Source: Babesia bigemina (Eukaryota). Taken from it: a stretch of 64,000 nucleotides of DNA. Under the pieces are notes generated by a model that saw only the letters and a program-made list of their open reading frames with translations, had not been told where the DNA came from and did not search any database. This document shows positions 36,721-49,129 of the stretch, one piece after another. The stretch spans positions 310,001 to 374,000 of the forward strand of contig NC_027219.1 in assembly GCF_000981445.1 (NCBI RefSeq), read 5' to 3'. Position numbers and translations under genes: made by a program. The number at the start of each line of letters is the position of its first letter. Positions within the stretch are counted from its first letter, which is position 1.

Positions 36721-39602
36721 CTTGAACTGTCCTCTACACCATCGTTCCCAATCCTAAAGTAACGCCTTGCCAGCTGGCTGGGCTGGTCCCCTCCTGACAA
36801 ATCCGCCATCTCGCACGCAACCGATTCAAGCGTAGTGATGCGAAATAATTGGCCACGGATGTATAGCTAAATGGGTTTTGTTCAAACGAAAGACAGAGTG
36901 TCGTCGACTTGTGCTCTCGAAACGTGTTCCTGAAGCTCGCCGCCCTCAAAACACGTCGTATTCACCGCTGACAGATGTATGTACGCGCTAGTTTGTAAGT
37001 ATATTTTATAGCAAAATTAACTCACGTTTATATAATGAGAGAGTAATGCTTAGATTCCGTCAACAGAAAACGCCTCGCAGCAGCGGCAAATTTCCACGTC
37101 CAGCTGCCCTACAAGCGCTCCCCAGCTACCACTTGACATTCCGCTCTGGATCAGGGAGGCAGCAATCATCCCAAGGTCGAATATGAAAAAGGTCCGTAAC
37201 CACGTAGCCCCGTAGGCACATTTGGAGGTGTCCAGACATGAGGCATGGTGACGTCCATAGACACGCGTACACACACTCTAGCAATCCGAACAATCACCTG
37301 CATATCGTGAACACAGAACACAGGTGGTTAAACGGGTGCACTACCTTGCCACTCCGAAACTTCAAACATTGACCAACCTGCGGCATCCACTCAGCATTCC
37401 ACGTGCCTGACAGCCTGCTCAACGCAACCCATCAACTCCAGTTATCCGACCGTGGTGTAGCAGTTTACAGCATACAATTTAAATGTCGCTGTCTCCCAAT
37501 TAGTAGATACTTTGAAATTGCCATTGCCACAATCTCGGGTGTCACCTCAGGCCTTGCTCCTGCCACCGACGCGGCGAAGCGTATACTGAGATCGGTGATT
37601 GCTGATTAGCCGATTGAAATCATCAATGTATATGATATCCCGAGAGTGCCAGAATGGCGGATCGCAAAGAGTTGTGGATCCACGGAGTGGTCGTCTCGGA
37701 GGCGATCCATGAAGTCGAACTTGACTCGTATCGACACTTTTGAACGCGTATTCGAAGCAATAAACTATACGCCTGATAAATGATTTGTAACATATTTAAC
37801 CGCAATTACCTCTCCCATTGGCCGCCACCGTACAGGTACGCTTGTCTATCGCTATTTAGGGTCATGGAGTTACATGACTAAAGATGGTCAGGTGTAATAG
37901 ATGTCAAGAATACTTATTTGAATGGTAAAATAGACTGCCTCAATTGGTTTTTTCATCTGTGAAATTAGCTAAATCTGTGGTGCTGTTTTGGGCATGATCC
38001 TGATTATAATTTTCGCCTTATTAAAAGTTTGCTATTTAAAAATGTAATGAAATAGCTTAAGAAAAGTATCCACGACTGATTTGAAGTCTGCCGTCTACTA
38101 CTTGGCTCTTTTCTTAAGTACCCTTATATGGTCTCACCTAATTGGCAACCTAACAAATAATGTAGTAATCGCGTTCAATGGCAACCTAATAACGTCCTCA
38201 ATCTCATTATACAGGCGGTTTACGTCGTAAATGTCGTGATATAGTATTCTCCAACATTATAGGCTCATTAAACCGTGTCCAAATTAATCCATGAGACGCA
38301 GATGGTAAACTCGGCGTGCTTCTCACTGAGGCTGCAATGTCCATGATACAACATTTTAAAGTCACAGAGTGTTGCGTGATAGGTTGCTAAGTATTATGCA
38401 ACACACAACCCAAATCTGTGCCAGTGTTCATATCTTTGCGAACGTATAAATAGCTTCCACTGGCATTTCCGCCACTCAATGCATCGTGTATTAATACACG
38501 TACATGGCGCCTGATAGGCATGTTTACCATCTGCATGTGCCGTAAAACAATTTGTTACAATCATTGACACCGGCGCAGGCGGCATGGAACTACTAATGTA
38601 GCGTTAAATTGTCGACACATCCAGGGTATCATGGGAACGAAAGCGACCCCACACAACTAAGTGTATTGAATATAGTTGCAATCCGCTAAAGGCGAACGAC
38701 TCACCGCCGCAACATCACGTGAGAAACGCACTGAGACATCGATGGAGCTTGTTGCGCCAAGGTGTCCAGTGACGATGACACATGAAGTCTCGGCAGGGAT
38801 CAGTTGGATCAGCGAAAATATGCATCAGCCGCCGCCGCCGCCGCGAAACCGTTCGCAGCAGGCAACAGCCGTAGTCGCATAACTAGCACCCGGCAATCCA
38901 AAGCAAATATATATAGTGACCGGCTCATTAGAGCCTTCTTAATGTAACAAGGCTGACATGTCAGCTACGCATGTCATTCGAGTGAAATAACGAGACGCAA
39001 ATGCAACTACACGTGGTGTCGCGCCGATAGCGCAGACAATCCCGAGGGTCGCACAAACCAGTAACCCAAAAACATAACCTCAAACCAACAGACTAACAGC
39101 AATGTACAAGTGGGAACACTATGGGAATCCACACGATGAAGCGATATATAACTTTTCAAAGGTGCAACGAATATCATATCATATCCCTGTACACGAAAGC
39201 TTACGCGTATAGCGGTTAAGTAGACCCATCGACCACCAATCGCCGGCGAAACGTCACAAAGGATCTGCTCAAACCCTGTGAATCTCACTAACATTTGCAG
39301 GTCACTACCGGTTACTATAAGTTCCATACCACAAACGGTGCCCATTCTACATCAGGGATTATTAGCTCTTTTATAAAGTCTTTTAATAGCACGAAAAACA
39401 TTTTGCACAGGTACCCTTAGGTTACCACGAAAATCCCGCAATGCATTCCGGATTCTCCGGTGTATCACCACCCATTGTACCGCTAGCATTCATAGTTGTT
39501 TCTGACGACTGGCGTCCGCTGTGAGCCTACACTCATGTCCTGACGTGACGCATCACGCAGGAGGCGGTTGCCGATTAAACCACGTGTTTCCGACACCACC
39601 GT

Positions 39603-40766
39603 TCAATCATAGTCGACAGAATCCAACTGTTCGTCTTGGTAAATCAGCTCTTTCTTGGTATCTGGCTCATCTTGTTGCCCGCCCACTGGCTGCTCCTGCG
39701 CGGCGGCGCGGCCTGCAATGGCTTCCCTCATCTGTTCCTTTAGGTAATCGTTCACAGCCATAGGCACAACCTGTAAATCATTCTGCGCAATCTTCTTACC
39801 ATTCAGAACTTCAACAGCCGCCTTCATAGCACTTGGGTTCGCGAACTCGATGAGTCCGTACCGCTTTTGGTCCCTAATGATCACCGACGCATAAACAACC
39901 TCGCCCGCCTGGCGAGCGAAGTCTTTAAGATCCTGCCAGCTTGCGCTGTTGTCCAGGTTGAGCACAGTTGCTTGAGAAGCGAAATCGGGCTCACGGTTTA
40001 TATCTATGCGCCTTGTGCGCTCAGAGTGCGGCACGACCTTGAGCTTAGATCCCATTAAGACTCGTTCGTTCATTTCGCGCATGGCCGCCTCCGCATCCTT
40101 GACCTTCACGTAGTCCACAAAAGCGAAGTTCCGCCTGAAATCAATTCTATTAATTGGTCCGAACTTTCCGAAAGCCGATGTCAATTCCTCCTCGCTCACC
40201 CTGCCGTCGAGGTTCCCTACGAACACCTTCGACTTCTGCGGCTCAGGGTACGGCCTGCCATCGAACCTCCGAATGGGGCCGCCCCTGATCGGATGAAGCG
40301 GCTCTCTGTACCGAGGGTCGTCGCGGTATCGCGGCGGCTCGTCCCTGTACCGGCCGTGCTCATCCCTGAAGCGACCGGGATCATCCCTGAAGCGCTCTGG
40401 CTCGTCGCGGTATCGCGGCGGCTCGTCACGATACCTCGGGGGCTCATCGCGATACCTTGGATGAGCCTCACGGTACCTGGGCGCATCATACCTGTACCTG
40501 GGAGGCTCATCCTTGTATTTCGGAGGTTCATCCTTGTACTTCGGAGGTTCATCCTTGTATCGCGGTGGCTCATCGCGATACCTAGGGTAATCCTCCGGTA
40601 CATCGCGATAGGTCGCCCCCCGGGGTCTTTCATACGGCGCAGACCGCTCCCGTTTCACATCGTACCTCTCGTAGCCCCTCTCGCGGTCGTATGGAGCCGG
40701 GGGGCCGCGTATGTCGTACTCATCGCGCCTCGAGTACATATCACGTCCTCCGTAGCCACGATGCAT
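39603..40766 (-). CDS. SR/Npl3-like RNA-binding protein (RRM plus SWQDLKD pseudo-RRM) with RYRDEPP-repeat N-terminus
   Basis: KVFVGNLDG...NFAFVDY (RNP2/RNP1) and VLNLDNSASWQDLKDFARQAGEV. Intronless 387-aa ORF. Confidence 0.85.
   Translation of the reverse strand: MHRGYGGRDMYSRRDEYDIRGPPAPYDRERGYERYDVKRERSAPYERPRGATYRDVPEDYPRYRDEPPRYKDEPPKYKDEPPKYKDEPPRYRYDAPRYREAHPRYRDEPPRYRDEPPRYRDEPERFRDDPGRFRDEHGRYRDEPPRYRDDPRYREPLHPIRGGPIRRFDGRPYPEPQKSKVFVGNLDGRVSEEELTSAFGKFGPINRIDFRRNFAFVDYVKVKDAEAAMREMNERVLMGSKLKVVPHSERTRRIDINREPDFASQATVLNLDNSASWQDLKDFARQAGEVVYASVIIRDQKRYGLIEFANPSAMKAAVEVLNGKKIAQNDLQVVPMAVNDYLKEQMREAIAGRAAAQEQPVGGQQDEPDTKKELIYQDEQLDSVDYD
40308..40586 (-). repeat. Coding 21-bp degenerate tandem repeat (RYRDEPP/KYKDEPP, about 13 units)
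   Basis: Seen directly in the translation and in the DNA. Confidence 0.9.
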
Positions 40767-41084
40767 TGTAATGGAAACAATTAAAGACAGAGACAGCGAG
40801 AAAGAAGACTCAAAGCGAATGTCTTACGGCGAAGGTTGCACCCGATATGAACTGAGGGGGTGACGAAGGCGACACACCCCCATACCGCTGCATAACTGGG
40901 ACAGGTGACACTTGGACACACAGAGTATGCAGGCTAAGAGGGCGACAAAATATATGCTAAGGCTGCCTGCCCAGTAAAATAGTCATTTTTTATAAAGCGG
41001 GCGCGTAGTTGTGACGTCGCATACGCGTGATCGTTGTTAAATTCCCCTGTATGCTGGGGCACATATCGCTTCCACGGGAGAATG

Positions 41085-41971
41085 TCACTCCCTATCGCGA
41101 AAAGCGTTCATATATTCTTCCACCCTTTCCAGCGTTGCGCGATCCTGTATGTTTATTAGATAGCCCGGAAGGTCCGTCACCTGTTGAATGTCGCGCTGCA
41201 CGCGTGCGATATCCGAGTCCAATGCTTTTATATTTTTTAAAAGTTGCTTAATTTCCGTGGCTTTTTCGAAGTATCCCCGGACTGCTTTTACGTTCCCGAC
41301 GTCGGTCATAGAAGGCGCGGGGTCCGGGTTGCGTTCCTTTACTTTGCGGTTCAACGCGTCAATGGTGATCAGTTTTATGGCGTCCCTTAACGTTTCGTGA
41401 AATCCTTGATCTTGTGCGACATCTTTGAACACGTTCTGTAAAACGGAGTGTGTGTCTAAAACGGTGATGCGGTCCGATTTTTGCCGCGGTGGCATCAATA
41501 CAAAAATTAATCACAAGAACAAAACAACACTACTGATATAGGCATTACATAAAAGGTATCTGTCGAAAATCGCGGTTAACGGGCAGTAGTAGCACCGAGT
41601 ACTCCTGCGACGTCGCTCCGCAAGACCGTTCACCGCGCTACAAATAACTCACTATACGCGTACAGTAACACGCAATTGTACTCTACAGAATTGTGTTCAT
41701 TGGCACCTACCACCAGCTCTTCTCGCGCCTTGAAGACCGCCTCGACCGCGACGTCGGTCAGCTCCGGGTCGGCGTTGTCCAGTGCCACTTGCAGTACCCT
41801 CTTGAGACTGTAAAGCTTCGCGTCCTCGTTACGCGATGGAATTCCATCGTTGTCTGCGGGCGCTAACTCAGATGCGATGGATGAGTTCAGGATATGCTCA
41901 TTGTGCCGCAATCCTGGAGTGACACATTCACCAAAAAGTGCCGTCCATACACACTCCAGTTCGTTTAGCAT
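41085..41971 (-). CDS. Hypothetical protein, spliced
   Basis: Two adjacent minus-strand ORFs with helical, protein-like composition are separated by probable introns. No family recognised. Confidence 0.5.
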
Positions 41972-42413
41972 TGCGGCGTCACGTCCAGAGTTGGACGTAT
42001 ATACAATATGTATGGAGTGAGTTCAAACACGTATTACGTTGGGATCTGAGCCACCCGACGCTATTATATGGTGTTTGCGCGTGTTAGTTTTTTGTGACGG
42101 TTGTTTTATTCATTCTGCTAAGTTGAGCGGATGCGTTGGTTGTAGCTTTGCACAGCGTGAATGCGCACAGCACTCAGCCGTGTATAGCTGTGCGACATCG
42201 CGCTTTAACGCGTGCTGAACGGCCGCTAAATGGCATACTATTATCTGTATTTATGTCGTGACAACAGAATCTAGTTTGCGGTTGCCGAATGCGGGACGTA
42301 TTGCTCGCGGTTGCATATACGGCCCGAAGTTTCGGGTCTATCTCTTTTTTCGTGGAAAAGACGTGCCCATCACGAGACACCTCCTTTAGTCACATTGGTG
42401 TGCAATACTGTTA

Positions 42414-43663
42414 TTAGGTGCGTGCTATTATGTCTCCTGTGCGCGGTCTATTAAAGATTCTTAAATGTGTAAGCACGCACAACGGTGACGCCACCGATAC
42501 GTCGTTGCATGAGTATATTGTCACACTCCGAGGCGCACGATGTATCCCTGGGGACTGGCGAGCGATTCCAGGCAACGACGTTCCCTCCTCCCGGCCCAAC
42601 CTCCTGACTGACTTCGGCGCTGTGCAATACCCATCACACAAGTATCCGCACCTTCACAGCAATAGGAATAGGCGCCCGCCATAATCCAGAGTAGGGCACG
42701 AAGGTGATGTCAGCAACATTAGATTTACACGGCCATATTTTACAGGCTGGTGGCTATGTCCCGCCGAAAGCAGCGTCACTCCGTTCGCCATAATTGGTGG
42801 TTTCCTGCAGCATACTCACACCGAATGTTGCGGGGCCAGAAAACAACGGAGCAAGCGAACCTTGCACCTCGCATCGAAGGGGAAGCAGGAGCTCGTAAGT
42901 CACGGGAACACTTTTGCTCAGCATCCACAACCGATTGGTCATCTCCTTTATGCGTAATGTCAGAAGTATCGCCCCGTACTTAACGCAGTCCATGTATAGC
43001 GGTTTTAGTGCACTCAAAACGCCTTTGTTGCCTCTGTAGACCTCGAAATGCGCCTTTACTGGGACCCTCGTACTGTAAAGGTCGTAATGGCGCCTCTTCG
43101 GCGGAATTGTGACCTGTCGCACTTTACTCCCAATGCAGAGACGGGTTAGTACTTACAGACAAGTTCTCTATTGATATGAGGCCGTCCTTGGTGTCTTTGG
43201 AGATTTCCCGATGAAGTTGCGATATAACCCCGGTTCCCGTTGAAGCTCTGACATACTCCCCTGCATCACGCTGACCAGCACGACATTTGACCAACCCTTA
43301 TAATGATATTTCATGCACTCCGACGTGGGTCCTATAGGGTAGAAGTAGAAAGCTGCCTTTTGCGAGGTAAAGGCGACCGGTAGAAGGGACGGGTTGTAGA
43401 ATGTGATATCAAAGTCGAATCGGGAGCCAGTAATCAGATTGCCGGCGCTATCAAGCTTCATGTGCCACGTTCCAAGTGCCTTGGGCATCTCATAAGGCAG
43501 CTGAATGCGCACCAAGGGCGGTAGTAGGACAATTCCCCCGCCAATGCCTGTCGTACATGACCGTTCGCATATAAGACGTACCTATGATCGCCAATACCGT
43601 GTAGAGCAGCGTGAGGACCGCGGTGCAGCATTTGACAGCTCGTCGTCTAATGCCGCCGTACAT
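42414..43663 (-). CDS. Hypothetical N-anchored membrane protein, possible LEA_2/beta-sandwich domain; 3' end uncertain
   Basis: First exon MYGGIRRRAVKCCTAVLTLLYTVLAII (signal anchor), then FDITFYNPSLLPV and VTIPPK segments reminiscent of LEA_2. Confidence 0.45.
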
Positions 43664-44118
43664 GGTCGCCTTTCCAACGCCTGGTGTGTTAGACTCCCGG
43701 TACTTGACTGCAATGCCCGAATTCCATTGTGGAAGGCGAAAAGAGTAAATGATTCGGCGTTTACGATGGGCTTATTTAAGTGTGTATGTGTGGCGATGTG
43801 TGCCTAGTATGAGCCCTTGCCGCGATGTGCAAGCTAGGCAGCTGACGACGCAATCGTTTTATTGCCTACACAGCCAGGTATTTGGCTTCGCATAACTTGC
43901 CTGCGTGCTAAAGGGTTTTGTAATATCGTTAGTTTGCTTGTTCCGCGGTTACTGCCACGGAAATAGTGACGATACGCGGGTCTGCCTCAGGCCGACACGC
44001 CAATATGACGCTACACATGAGCACTGGAACCTCGATATACACCTCTAACCGAGTGATGCGGAAGACTGCTGCTAACTCGTTGCGATACGTCATGGAAGGC
44101 AGGCAGGAAAACTGAACA

Positions 44119-45425
44119 ATGGCTGACATCACGAATGACCGCCTGGAGCGCCTCAAGCAAAACCTGCTGAAGCTCAACTACAAGAAGCACAAGAAACGTG
44201 TTGGCGAGGCGCGCATCCATCTGACGCAGTACCTCGCCCATGCGCTGCCTATGGCCAGCCAGCGGTTCCTGCTGGCTCCGATTTATCGCAGCTGCGTGGC
44301 TTCCCAGAGCGGTAACATGACCCTTTATAACATGCTGAGGATTTCGCATCCAACGCCACTCAAAATTTTGATAGGTGAGTAGCCGTTACCCAATGGCATG
44401 CTGAATCGATGTTGCACCTGCATTCCGATGTTTAGTTATGAAACGCCTCTCCGTTGCATTCTTGGTAGATGCATCCATCGTGCAACTCGAAGCGCCTTTG
44501 TTAAGCACCTTTACACGATACATTCAGGCCTCCACGAATCGGTGGGCTTTAAAAAATTGTGGAGTTTAGCTAGGGTCCACACGCTATCCGGTGCAATATA
44601 CCCGGGCGTGTTGATTGGTTCCAGGGTGTGGCTCGGCAACTCATACTCGAACGCCAATGACACTTTCAGTTACGCCTACATGCGCACGGTTATGTTGTGC
44701 AGCTTTGCGCACCTTTTTAGTTACCCCTTCGACGTCGCCTACGGAAGGTTTGCGTCCACTCTGGCAGGAGAAGTCTCAGTACGTACATATCTGCGTGAAA
44801 CTATTTCGAAGTATGGTAAGTATAAACGGTTCCTTGTGCATTACAATCAGGGCTTGCGCGGCTCTACAGCGGTTACACTATCTGTGCTGCCTCGACATCG
44901 GTGCACCTGATGATTGCGTTGCCACTGAACAACCACCTTCATGGAAAGTTGAAGGAGAGGTTGAGTCTGCAGATTGAGCGCAACCCGGCATACAACTCTA
45001 CCATCCGTCCCCTAAAGCCCAGAGGTATGGATAACGCAGTCTTTTATGATTCTTCTAGAGCTTAAACCGATTGAAATGTATCCATGGAATGTAATCTTCG
45101 GCTCTTTCGCCGCTTTTATCGCACGCACAGCCACCTACCCGCTGGACACGATGAGGTAAGGCCGTCACTGGGCAATGCAAAGGGACCCGCAGAATTCGTT
45201 ACCAGCAAGAGACTTGGCATCACAACGGACGGACACGATGGAATCATCTAGTCTCATCTATACGTGTAAGTAATGGTTGTTCGAATCGCAAACGTCACAC
45301 AGCGGTCATATCGGCGAGGGATAATAAGTTTGTACACCGGATATCCCGCAAGGTGCGCATTGTTGATACCAGAGAGCATATTGTACGGAATAGTACATTA
45401 CACAGTCATTCAAAACAGCTGTTAG
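44119..45425 (+). CDS. Divergent mitochondrial carrier family (SLC25) protein, multi-exon
   Basis: Px[DE]xx[KR]-like motifs YPFDVAYGR and TYPLDTMR, with G..SLY.G motifs (GIISLYTGYPAR). Ends IQNSC* at 45423-45425. Confidence 0.75.
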
Positions 45426-45882
45426 AGTCACAGTTTCGTATCTTGGGACGTGAAACCGCACAGTGAACGTGGTGATCTAATTTGGCTGGTGGAGTTACGT
45501 TGTTGACAGCAGTGGAAATTTGAATGGAAGATGCGGCAAATATCAAATTGTGGCCTCCACATAAATGGGTGTGTCGACTAATAATAACCACCTTAGCTAA
45601 TTTGGCTCTTACACACTGAATACTGGGCCTGTCTACCGCACTTCCTATGCGGGCGTAATGCGGCGTTAGGACGTCTAAAAATAGTATATGTGGCTGTTCC
45701 TGTTAACTATGTTTGAAATTAAGCTATGTGTGTTGATTTGCCTTAGAGACTCGTGGAATTTTTACTTCTTACGGCTTTTGACCTGATGGTTGGTACACTG
45801 GCAACTCTTTCGCCATACATGCTTTCCTACCAAAGTATGTAGAGCCATTTATATCATTTTGAGAGCACTGTGTATCTAGAAA

Positions 45883-47134
45883 ATGTTTATATATCGTCTA
45901 TCGCAAAACTTGCAGTTTAAGTCACCCTTGACGGCATTTTGTCGCCTTCCGCCTTATAAACACGTAAAATCCAAGCAATGGGAATCGCGGTGTATTTCAT
46001 TCTGGCAGCCTGTCAGTAGTGCCCCGGCTAAACTGGATTCCGGAGCTTCGAATGTCGACTTGTACCCGAAGGTTGAGGGCGAAAAATCGATGGTCACCAA
46101 GCTTTGGCAGAGCATCAAGCGAGTGGCCCGCATCGAAGAGGTGAACATGCCGAATTGAGCAGCCAATGCGTGCAGGGAGACCCAGACGAGCAGATCACCG
46201 AATACTTTCAGTACTCTGTGGAGTGTCTCATGCGACAGCCTGGAGAGTTCACATTTGACAAGTTTGCGACCTATTTGGAGGTAATGCAACGTACATCAGT
46301 GTTATCGACCGTGTTGTGTAGTTTATAAATGTGACACAGGAAATATGCACAAAATTGCGACTCATTGGCAAACGGCCCATTCCCGACGAAGAACTGAATG
46401 GCCCTTTGAGACAGCTAAAGTTGCAACGTAAGTTGGCAATCAGTTGAACATTTAAATGCGTTCCCAGACGAAATGATGAAGTTTTTGACACCCAGGGAAA
46501 AGGAGTCCGACTCGGCGACAGTATTCAGCCATCAGGCAAAGTTGTTGTTGGCTGAATCAGTGAAGGTGTGTTATACCACTCCCGCAGACAACGAAATGGG
46601 TATATGTCCGTTTCACACATGAGAACTCTCCGTGTCCAGAGTTCACGTGCCTGCTCATTATGTCTGGCTAGATTTATTGGGTTTTGTTGACAGTAATAAC
46701 TCATTACAGTGCACGCTGAAGGATGTGGACGACATGCTGTACCACCACGACATTTGCAAGACAGATAGGAGTTGGTACTTTCGGCGCATAGTATTGGGGC
46801 GTCACTTGCCCATGAGTTACGAGGAGCGTGAGCACCTTTCCTACCAACGCCCAGTTGGTACGTTACGCATGCTACATATAACGCCTTTCGGTAGTTCGCG
46901 AGGCTGCACAGCTGTATCCTGAAACCAGCTCACTAGAAGCCCTGAAGCTGAAGGAAATGCGTGACTCTATCCACTATCGCAAGCCTCCGTAGGTTTCGTG
47001 TTCATGCTATGTACGGGGTTCAGCACCAAGTCGTGGCCGTGGTTCCGGCGCCCAACTAGCGGAAAAAACGTGTGGAGCAATCGTGAGTACACTAAACGTA
47101 GATTACATTAGGGGGGCCAAATGCCGGGGATTGA
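45883..47134 (+). CDS. Putative mitochondrial protein with a stand-alone SRP54/Ffh M-domain (mL105-like), multi-exon; 3' end tentative
   Basis: Presequence-like MFIYRLSQNLQFKSPLTAFCR. Spliced core GEFTFDKFATYLE...RQLKLQHEMMKFLTPREKES...VFSHQAKLLLAESVKCTLKDVDDMLYHH. Confidence 0.6.
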
Positions 47135-48755
47135 AGTCAACTTGGGCCAATGTTTGCAATATGTCTGAGGCCGCGCCTATTCCCACAGGCACCTCCTTTA
47201 TGTGGGGTTGCAGTCGCTCCATGTTCATCCGAGCGATATTTGGCATTATTGGGTATAAATATACAGTCAACACCAGCAGTGCCCTGCATAGCACTAAACA
47301 GTGGCGCCTAAAGTCACCTTCACTTTGAACTCCCCACAGCTGATTCCGAGTTATGTAACTGTTGATCTCTGCCGCTAAACGGTTCAGCTCACTAATATAC
47401 AGGTCTATCCTGTAATGTTGCATTGTTTGCCGCAAAACGCCCCATCCGTCCAAAAGTTGCTTGACGAGAGGGTCCATTTGAGTCGCTTCATTGCGGTCCA
47501 GCTGGTACACGCCCCTGTTGTTCATTAGGCCTGTTATCCGGTGGGTTAGGTTGGCATACTTGTCCTTCACCAGCTCTGACAGTTGTTCCACTCGGGTGCT
47601 GTCGAAATTGAAATCTTCACCGAAAGCGCCCAAGCTCATGAGGACGAATCGCGACACGTCTGCCGTACCAAGCGTTGGCAACGCAAGGACCTTTTCGCCC
47701 TTAGACTTGGAAATCTTTTCGCCGCTGCACGTCAACCACCCATGGCATATCATTTGCCGCGGCAACGGCATATCCAACGACATTAAAAGAGCAGGCCACA
47801 ACAATGCTATGAACCGCAAAATGTCCTTTCCAAATACCATAATTGTATTGTCGTGATGTTTACCCCCCCTGCTTCTCAGCGCATATGCCATCAATGCGTC
47901 GAACCAGACGTAAATGGTATGGTCTTCGAAACCCGGTAGGTCTAGTGGAACACCCCATCGTGTATTCGACCTGGTTATTGCAACGTCGGGTAAATCACCT
48001 TTTAGCAGCGATAGGGCCTCATTCCTCCGCTCCTTTGGCGTTAAAAAGCCGTCCGTGCCGATTAGTTGCCGTAGCGCATCTTGGTACTTAGAGAGTCTGA
48101 AAAAATACGCCTTTTCCGCTACGGGCTGAACCTCAAAACCTTGTGGGGACAGTCCATTCGTAATCTGGAATGCCGTATAATAGGCGTCTTCTGCAGGCGA
48201 GAAGTAGCCCTTATGCAGCCCCTCATAGATGTCGCCATTATGCAACAGGTGGTTGAACGCCCATCTCACGTTGTGTCCGTGGTCGTCTGCCGCAGTATGG
48301 ATGTGTACATCTGCATTTACGTTATACGAATTCAAAACTTCGTGGTAGTGAGTACGCATATCCTCCACGTAGCGCGACAGTGTCTGTCCGGCTGCGCGGG
48401 CTGCAGCCTCAATTTTTGTGCCATGTTCGTCGGTTCCGGACAACAAAAGGGCATTCCTTCCAAGCAGTTGCTCATACCTCTTGATTACGTCTGCTGCTAC
48501 CAGTGTGTATGCGTGTCCGACGTGCAGTTCTCCGTTGACGTAGAACAACGGCGTTGTAACTAGCGTCGTACCTCCCGTGCTTTCGGTTACATTGTTGCCA
48601 TTTTCCTGCGCATCCGAGCGCAACGCACGAGCACTGCAGTTAACATTGGGCGAAAGGACTGTCTGAAATTTTATCGTATTCCCTGGCAATTTGTATGCCT
48701 GCGATAATTGCCATCTGTAAGTAAGGATGCAAATCAGAAGGAACGCAGCCGCCAA
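47103..48755 (-). CDS. Methionyl-tRNA synthetase, bacterial/organellar type, probably apicoplast-targeted; true start unresolved
   Basis: TTPLFYVNGELHVGHAY (HIGH), GTDEHGTKI, YVWFDAL, GKDILRF and KISKS (KMSKS). Hydrophobic signal followed by a transit-like leader. Confidence 0.92.
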   Translation of the reverse strand: MAAAFLLICILTYRWQLSQAYKLPGNTIKFQTVLSPNVNCSARALRSDAQENGNNVTESTGGTTLVTTPLFYVNGELHVGHAYTLVAADVIKRYEQLLGRNALLLSGTDEHGTKIEAAARAAGQTLSRYVEDMRTHYHEVLNSYNVNADVHIHTAADDHGHNVRWAFNHLLHNGDIYEGLHKGYFSPAEDAYYTAFQITNGLSPQGFEVQPVAEKAYFFRLSKYQDALRQLIGTDGFLTPKERRNEALSLLKGDLPDVAITRSNTRWGVPLDLPGFEDHTIYVWFDALMAYALRSRGGKHHDNTIMVFGKDILRFIALLWPALLMSLDMPLPRQMICHGWLTCSGEKISKSKGEKVLALPTLGTADVSRFVLMSLGAFGEDFNFDSTRVEQLSELVKDKYANLTHRITGLMNNRGVYQLDRNEATQMDPLVKQLLDGWGVLRQTMQHYRIDLYISELNRLAAEINSYITRNQLWGVQSEGDFRRHCLVLCRALLVLTVYLYPIMPNIARMNMERLQPHIKEVPVGIGAASDILQTLAQVDFNPRHLAPLM

Positions 48756-49129
48756 CTTGACGACGTATATCAGTTCAAATCTTCGAACATACAGTCCACA
48801 CCTTCATGAAGTATCACAACTCCGGCACATTGAAGTTTGCCAGTGCAACAGCATAGAATCCAAGGCGCCACTCCCGGATATGCTTCACCTCTACTAGGCC
48901 AGTGAAAACATTACGGTTGAATAAGATCCGTTATCAGTTACATACACATTTCTTCAACATAATGGTATTGTGTGTTTGAGCTGCTGAGGTGTCTTCTATA
49001 CCCACGTTTAGCCTCTTCGTTCATCTCTCATGTGCCCGCGGCTGGGGAGTGCGGCTTGACCGTTGAAAACACGTTGCTTCCACTACATCGCATCGCTGGA
49101 TTGTATATGGGTGTAACTGGTCGTAGGCA

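Noticed and set aside
37050..37870. Possible minus-strand multi-exon gene
   Set aside because: Splice-like sites are present, but I could not assemble a consistent frame or recognise a domain. Left unannotated.
40308..40586. Periodic repeat as a CRISPR array
   Set aside because: It is an in-frame coding tandem repeat with no unique spacers, in a eukaryote with no cas genes.
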